A stretch of 64,000 nucleotides of DNA from Lama glama. Lineage: Eukaryota. Under the pieces are notes generated by a model. It had not been told where the DNA came from and searched no databases. It saw only the letters and a list, made by a program, of their open reading frames with translations. Positions 63,031-64,000 of this stretch are shown here, in pieces. Position numbers and translations under genes: made by a program. The DNA lies in assembly GCA_028534125.1 (NCBI GenBank), contig CM052816.1, forward strand, positions 91,638,001 through 91,702,000. Direction: 5' to 3'. Positions within the stretch are counted from its first letter, which is position 1. Every line of letters begins with the position of its first letter.

Positions 63031-64000
63031 TTCACTTTGGTATTCATAACTCAGCCCCCTGTGAGCCTGAGGTGCCTGATCCCATCTCTCCTCACCACAC
63101 AGGCACAATCTGTGGCTTCTGTAGGCCTCTCTACTGTCTCTTTCCTCTTCCTTTCTTACTTCTTCTACACCTTAATATCTGCTAATATTGTTCACCTATA
63201 CTATGCCTATCCCTTAGCCAATGGGGGCCATTCAATCTTAGGGATGAGAAAATTATGAAAAAACAGATCTCTCTATACTTGTATTTTCATTTACTCTAGT
63301 TGATTTGTATAAGCAGAATCTTGTGGTCAAAGTGAGTTCCTGAGCCCACGTCACATTGCCATGCTTCTGATCTGCGCAATGTGACATATAATATCACTTT
63401 CCATGTCTATTAAACACCTTGCAACAAAACATTCATACTTAGTCTTTGGTTTAAAGTTGTTATTAGCGAGGATAAACTGAACACCATGTGTTTTCAACTC
63501 AAAAGTGACGTCTAACACCTTCCCTAGAACAGAAATGTATGGAAGCCAAGTTGCAATAAAATGTCGATGCAGGGGAAAGAAAATCACTCCATGTAACCTA
63601 CGTGGTAGTAAGAGACAGTTACCATGATTTTCCTTTCAGCCAAGGAATTCTCTTGGTACTAAACAAAAATGTCATTAGATGTAATCCCGGAACAAAACTT
63701 CAGTGACTAGAATTCACCAAAATTTTTGCAGATGCTAATATACTTTGTTTCAAAATATATGCCCAAATTTATAAACTTTTGTTCTCATATTAGAAAATCC
63801 TCACACATTTACTGATGTGGCACGGGATGCTAAGTACCTGTAGCTAAGCACAGTCCACAGGTAGCAAGAGGGAAGGCTCGGATTCACACGTGGGACTCTT
63901 TTATCTTTTAAGCAATACATACCACTCCCCCACTTCAAACCCATAGCAGATAAAAGGTATAAAAAAAAAGGAAGAGAGAAGGGCTGCTACGTGCAGCACA

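Noticed and set aside
1..64000. Prokaryotic-type systems (CRISPR arrays, operons, defence islands)
   Set aside because: The sequence is mammalian; there are no regularly spaced direct repeats or dense ORFs.

Overview
This is AT-rich mammalian nuclear DNA, most likely from a camelid: it has tRNA-Ala-derived Vic-1-like SINEs and camelid-type L1 3' ends, and I saw no Alu, Bov-tA/BovB or PRE-1. It contains two 500-N placeholder gaps. No intact protein-coding gene or RNA gene can be supported; the supplied ORF track is mostly noise, repeat-derived or gap-spanning. Ordinary eutherian repeats (L1, L2, MIR, MaLR/ERV LTRs, hAT and Tigger MITEs) cover much of the window. Three things stand out. (1) About 20 plus-strand exon-like patches between about 1.5 and 59.1 kb, many with splice signals, have decayed translations that repeatedly show one ~25-35 aa two-cysteine module (C-x-[FLY]-x-[GN]...G-x-x-x-[DE]-x-C, fibronectin type I/vWC-like). 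I interpret this as a large, anciently dead multi-exon gene (unitary pseudogene) that I cannot name. (2) A MULE/MuDR (Ricksha-like) transposon at about 60.4-61.2 kb has 15-bp-periodic inverted termini and a recognisable transposase remnant. (3) There is a near-consensus CTCF motif at about 15,975. All repeat family names and protein similarities come from reading by eye, not from database searches.
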